Source of the DNA: Phyllobates terribilis
Taxonomy: Eukaryota
Direction: 5' to 3'
Length of the DNA stretch: 64,000 bases
Assembly (NCBI RefSeq): GCF_046119375.1
Contig: NW_027362770.1
Coordinates: forward strand, 190,836,001 to 190,900,000
Part shown: positions 62,055 through 64,000 of the stretch, piece by piece
Layout of the letters: the number at the start of each line of letters is the position of its first letter
Numbering within the stretch: position 1 is the first letter of the stretch
Notes under the pieces: generated by a model
The model's input: the letters and a program-made list of their open reading frames with translations, nothing else
Database searches by the model: none
Told to the model about the DNA's origin: nothing
Made by a program: the position numbers and the translations under genes

Positions 62055-64000
62055 CCTGGCTCTTGTAAGGGGCATTGCAGTTCCTCATAATTTTTGGAAA
62101 GCCTTCCATTCACTGCTTAGGCCAACAGTGCACAGGAGACCCAGTTGCTATAAATGGAAAAAAAGGTTTAGTTAATGGCCTCTGACCTCCATGTCATTTC
62201 CAAGGGGCATTGGAGTGCCTCCAAATTTTTGGTAGGCATTGCACTCACTGTATGCCCTATAACTGTGTAGCCGAACCGCTCCTTTTGTTACAGAAACATA
62301 TCCTACAAGACATATCTGGTTGACTGGCCTGATATTGATGTGAATGGTCCCTGTTCCTCCTGCTCTTTCTCCTTTGCCACTACCTCATCCATCATTTATC
62401 ACCTGAAGCTTTGTTTTAACAGGAGTCATAGAACTTGGATAGTAGCAGGAAAACATCCAGCAATCCTCGGAGGAGGTAGGATATGCGCCAAAACGCTGAC
62501 CACCTCAGGCCTAGCCGCTACTACATACATGCGCTTGCATTACAACAAAACAAAGCAGATGCTAACTTCTATCATCCTCATCATGCTCCTCACCTTGGCA
62601 CTCTCAACTCCCCTGATGGAGAAGCCAGGGCCCACCGGAGGAGTCTGATAGTCCGGTGGGCTCGGCCAATGCTGCCCTAAAGCAGGCCAGGCTAAGAAAA
62701 GTGTGGGAAAGGTTACCGGGACAAATAGGGGTGGCTGGGGACCGAGTATGGACACCCGGCCACCCCCTGGAGGCTGTGGAGCAAGCGGGGACACCCGGCC
62801 ACCAGGCGGCTGGGGACTGAGTATGGATACCAGGCCGCCGACGCAGCCATGGCGTGGTGGCCAGATTCCGCCTCCACATGCCTAAAAGGCCCAATTTAAA
62901 GTGCAAGCAAGCAGTATGGTATTGCAGCCTGGGGGTGGGTGGGTGGCAGGCTGCATACTTGCGCTTGCATTGCAAGCAATGGGAGAGGTACAATTGAACA
63001 CTGCCCTGGGACAAGGACTTGAATGGGGATAGTTGCAAGTCTGCAACGACAGGTACAAGGTGGAAGGCATCTTCGCATGTACCATGAACAGGGGTTTGGC
63101 ATGCACACACTACAGCGGAATAGGCTCTCCTTCCCACTAAATGCACTGGGGAGGGCACAGGTAATGTTTTGGTATACGCGCTTAATCTTATGTATAAGGC
63201 CCACCAGGACAAATAGGGGCGGCTGGGGACTGAGTATAGATACCTCGCTGCTAAAGCAGCCATGAGGTAGTGGCCAGCTTCGGCCTCTTCCAGACTAAAA
63301 GGCCCCATTTCAAGTGCAAGCTAGCAGTATGGAATTGCAGTCTGGGGGTGGGTGGGTGGCAGGTTGCACACTTACACTTGCATTAAAAGAAAACATAGGA
63401 GATGCTAACTTCTGTCATCATCATCATGCTCCTCACCTTGGCACTCTCAACTCCACCGATGGAGAAGTCAGGGCCCACCGGAGGAGTCTGGTCATCTGGT
63501 GGGCTCGTCCAATGCTGCCTAAAGCAGGCCGGGCTAAGAAAAGTGTGTGGGGGTATGTTCCAAGGAGAAATAGGGGCGGCTGGGGACCGAGTATGGACAC
63601 CCGGCCGCCGGGCAGCTGGGGACTGAGTATGGATTCCAGGCCGCCAACACAGCCATGACGTGGTGGCCAGATTCCGCCTCAACATGCCTAAAAGGCCCAA
63701 TTTCAAGTTCAAGCAAACAAGCAGTATGGTATTGCAGCCTGGGGGTGGGTGGGTGGCAGGCTACATACTTGCGCTTGCATTGCAAGGAATGGGGGAGGTA
63801 CAATTGAACACTGCCCTGGGACTAGAACTTGCATGGGGATAGTTGCAAGTCTGCATCTTCTGATGCGGCAAGGATCACTTATGATGGGCACACTTTTAGA
63901 CAGTGACCTGGGAGTCAGAGATGCTTCCCGGGGTCTTCCCCATGCTGTTCCCATGTCTTTTCAGCACTTTATGCATGTGTCACACAGCACATGGCCAGAT

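Larger units (their letters stand above)
55362..64000 (+). mobile_element. hAT transposon copy 2, inverted relative to copy 1, running off the window
   Basis: Starts TAGTGTTGAGCGAACATGCTCG (reverse complement of the 42539 end); last bases match the reverse complement of ~35445-35500. Confidence 0.93.

Overview
Repeat-saturated eukaryotic genomic DNA, most likely from an anuran amphibian (inferred from the histone 3' ends and the transposon families, not proven). The host content is a fragmented replication-dependent histone cluster: two intact divergent H2A/H2B pairs (2662-3780, 33123-34238), one intact H4 (43688-43999), truncated H1, H3 and H2B pseudogenes, and an apparent H4 locus from which the gene is deleted (~17.3 kb). 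Almost everything else is mobile DNA. It includes a TSD-bounded Penelope-like element (RT + GIY-YIG) with an inverted pseudo-LTR and minimal hammerhead ribozymes, interrupted by a 4-kb TTAA element. There is a young Gypsy LTR element with a tRNA-Ser PBS, a predicted -1 frameshift pseudoknot and an in-frame RNaseH/integrase deletion. There are also two copies of a large hAT transposon carrying antisense transposase relics, several Tc1 elements, solo LTRs, Helitron-like ends, MITEs, LINE relics and many tandem arrays. Coordinates and alignments were read by eye. Boundaries called approximate are unresolved, and no searches or folding programs were run.
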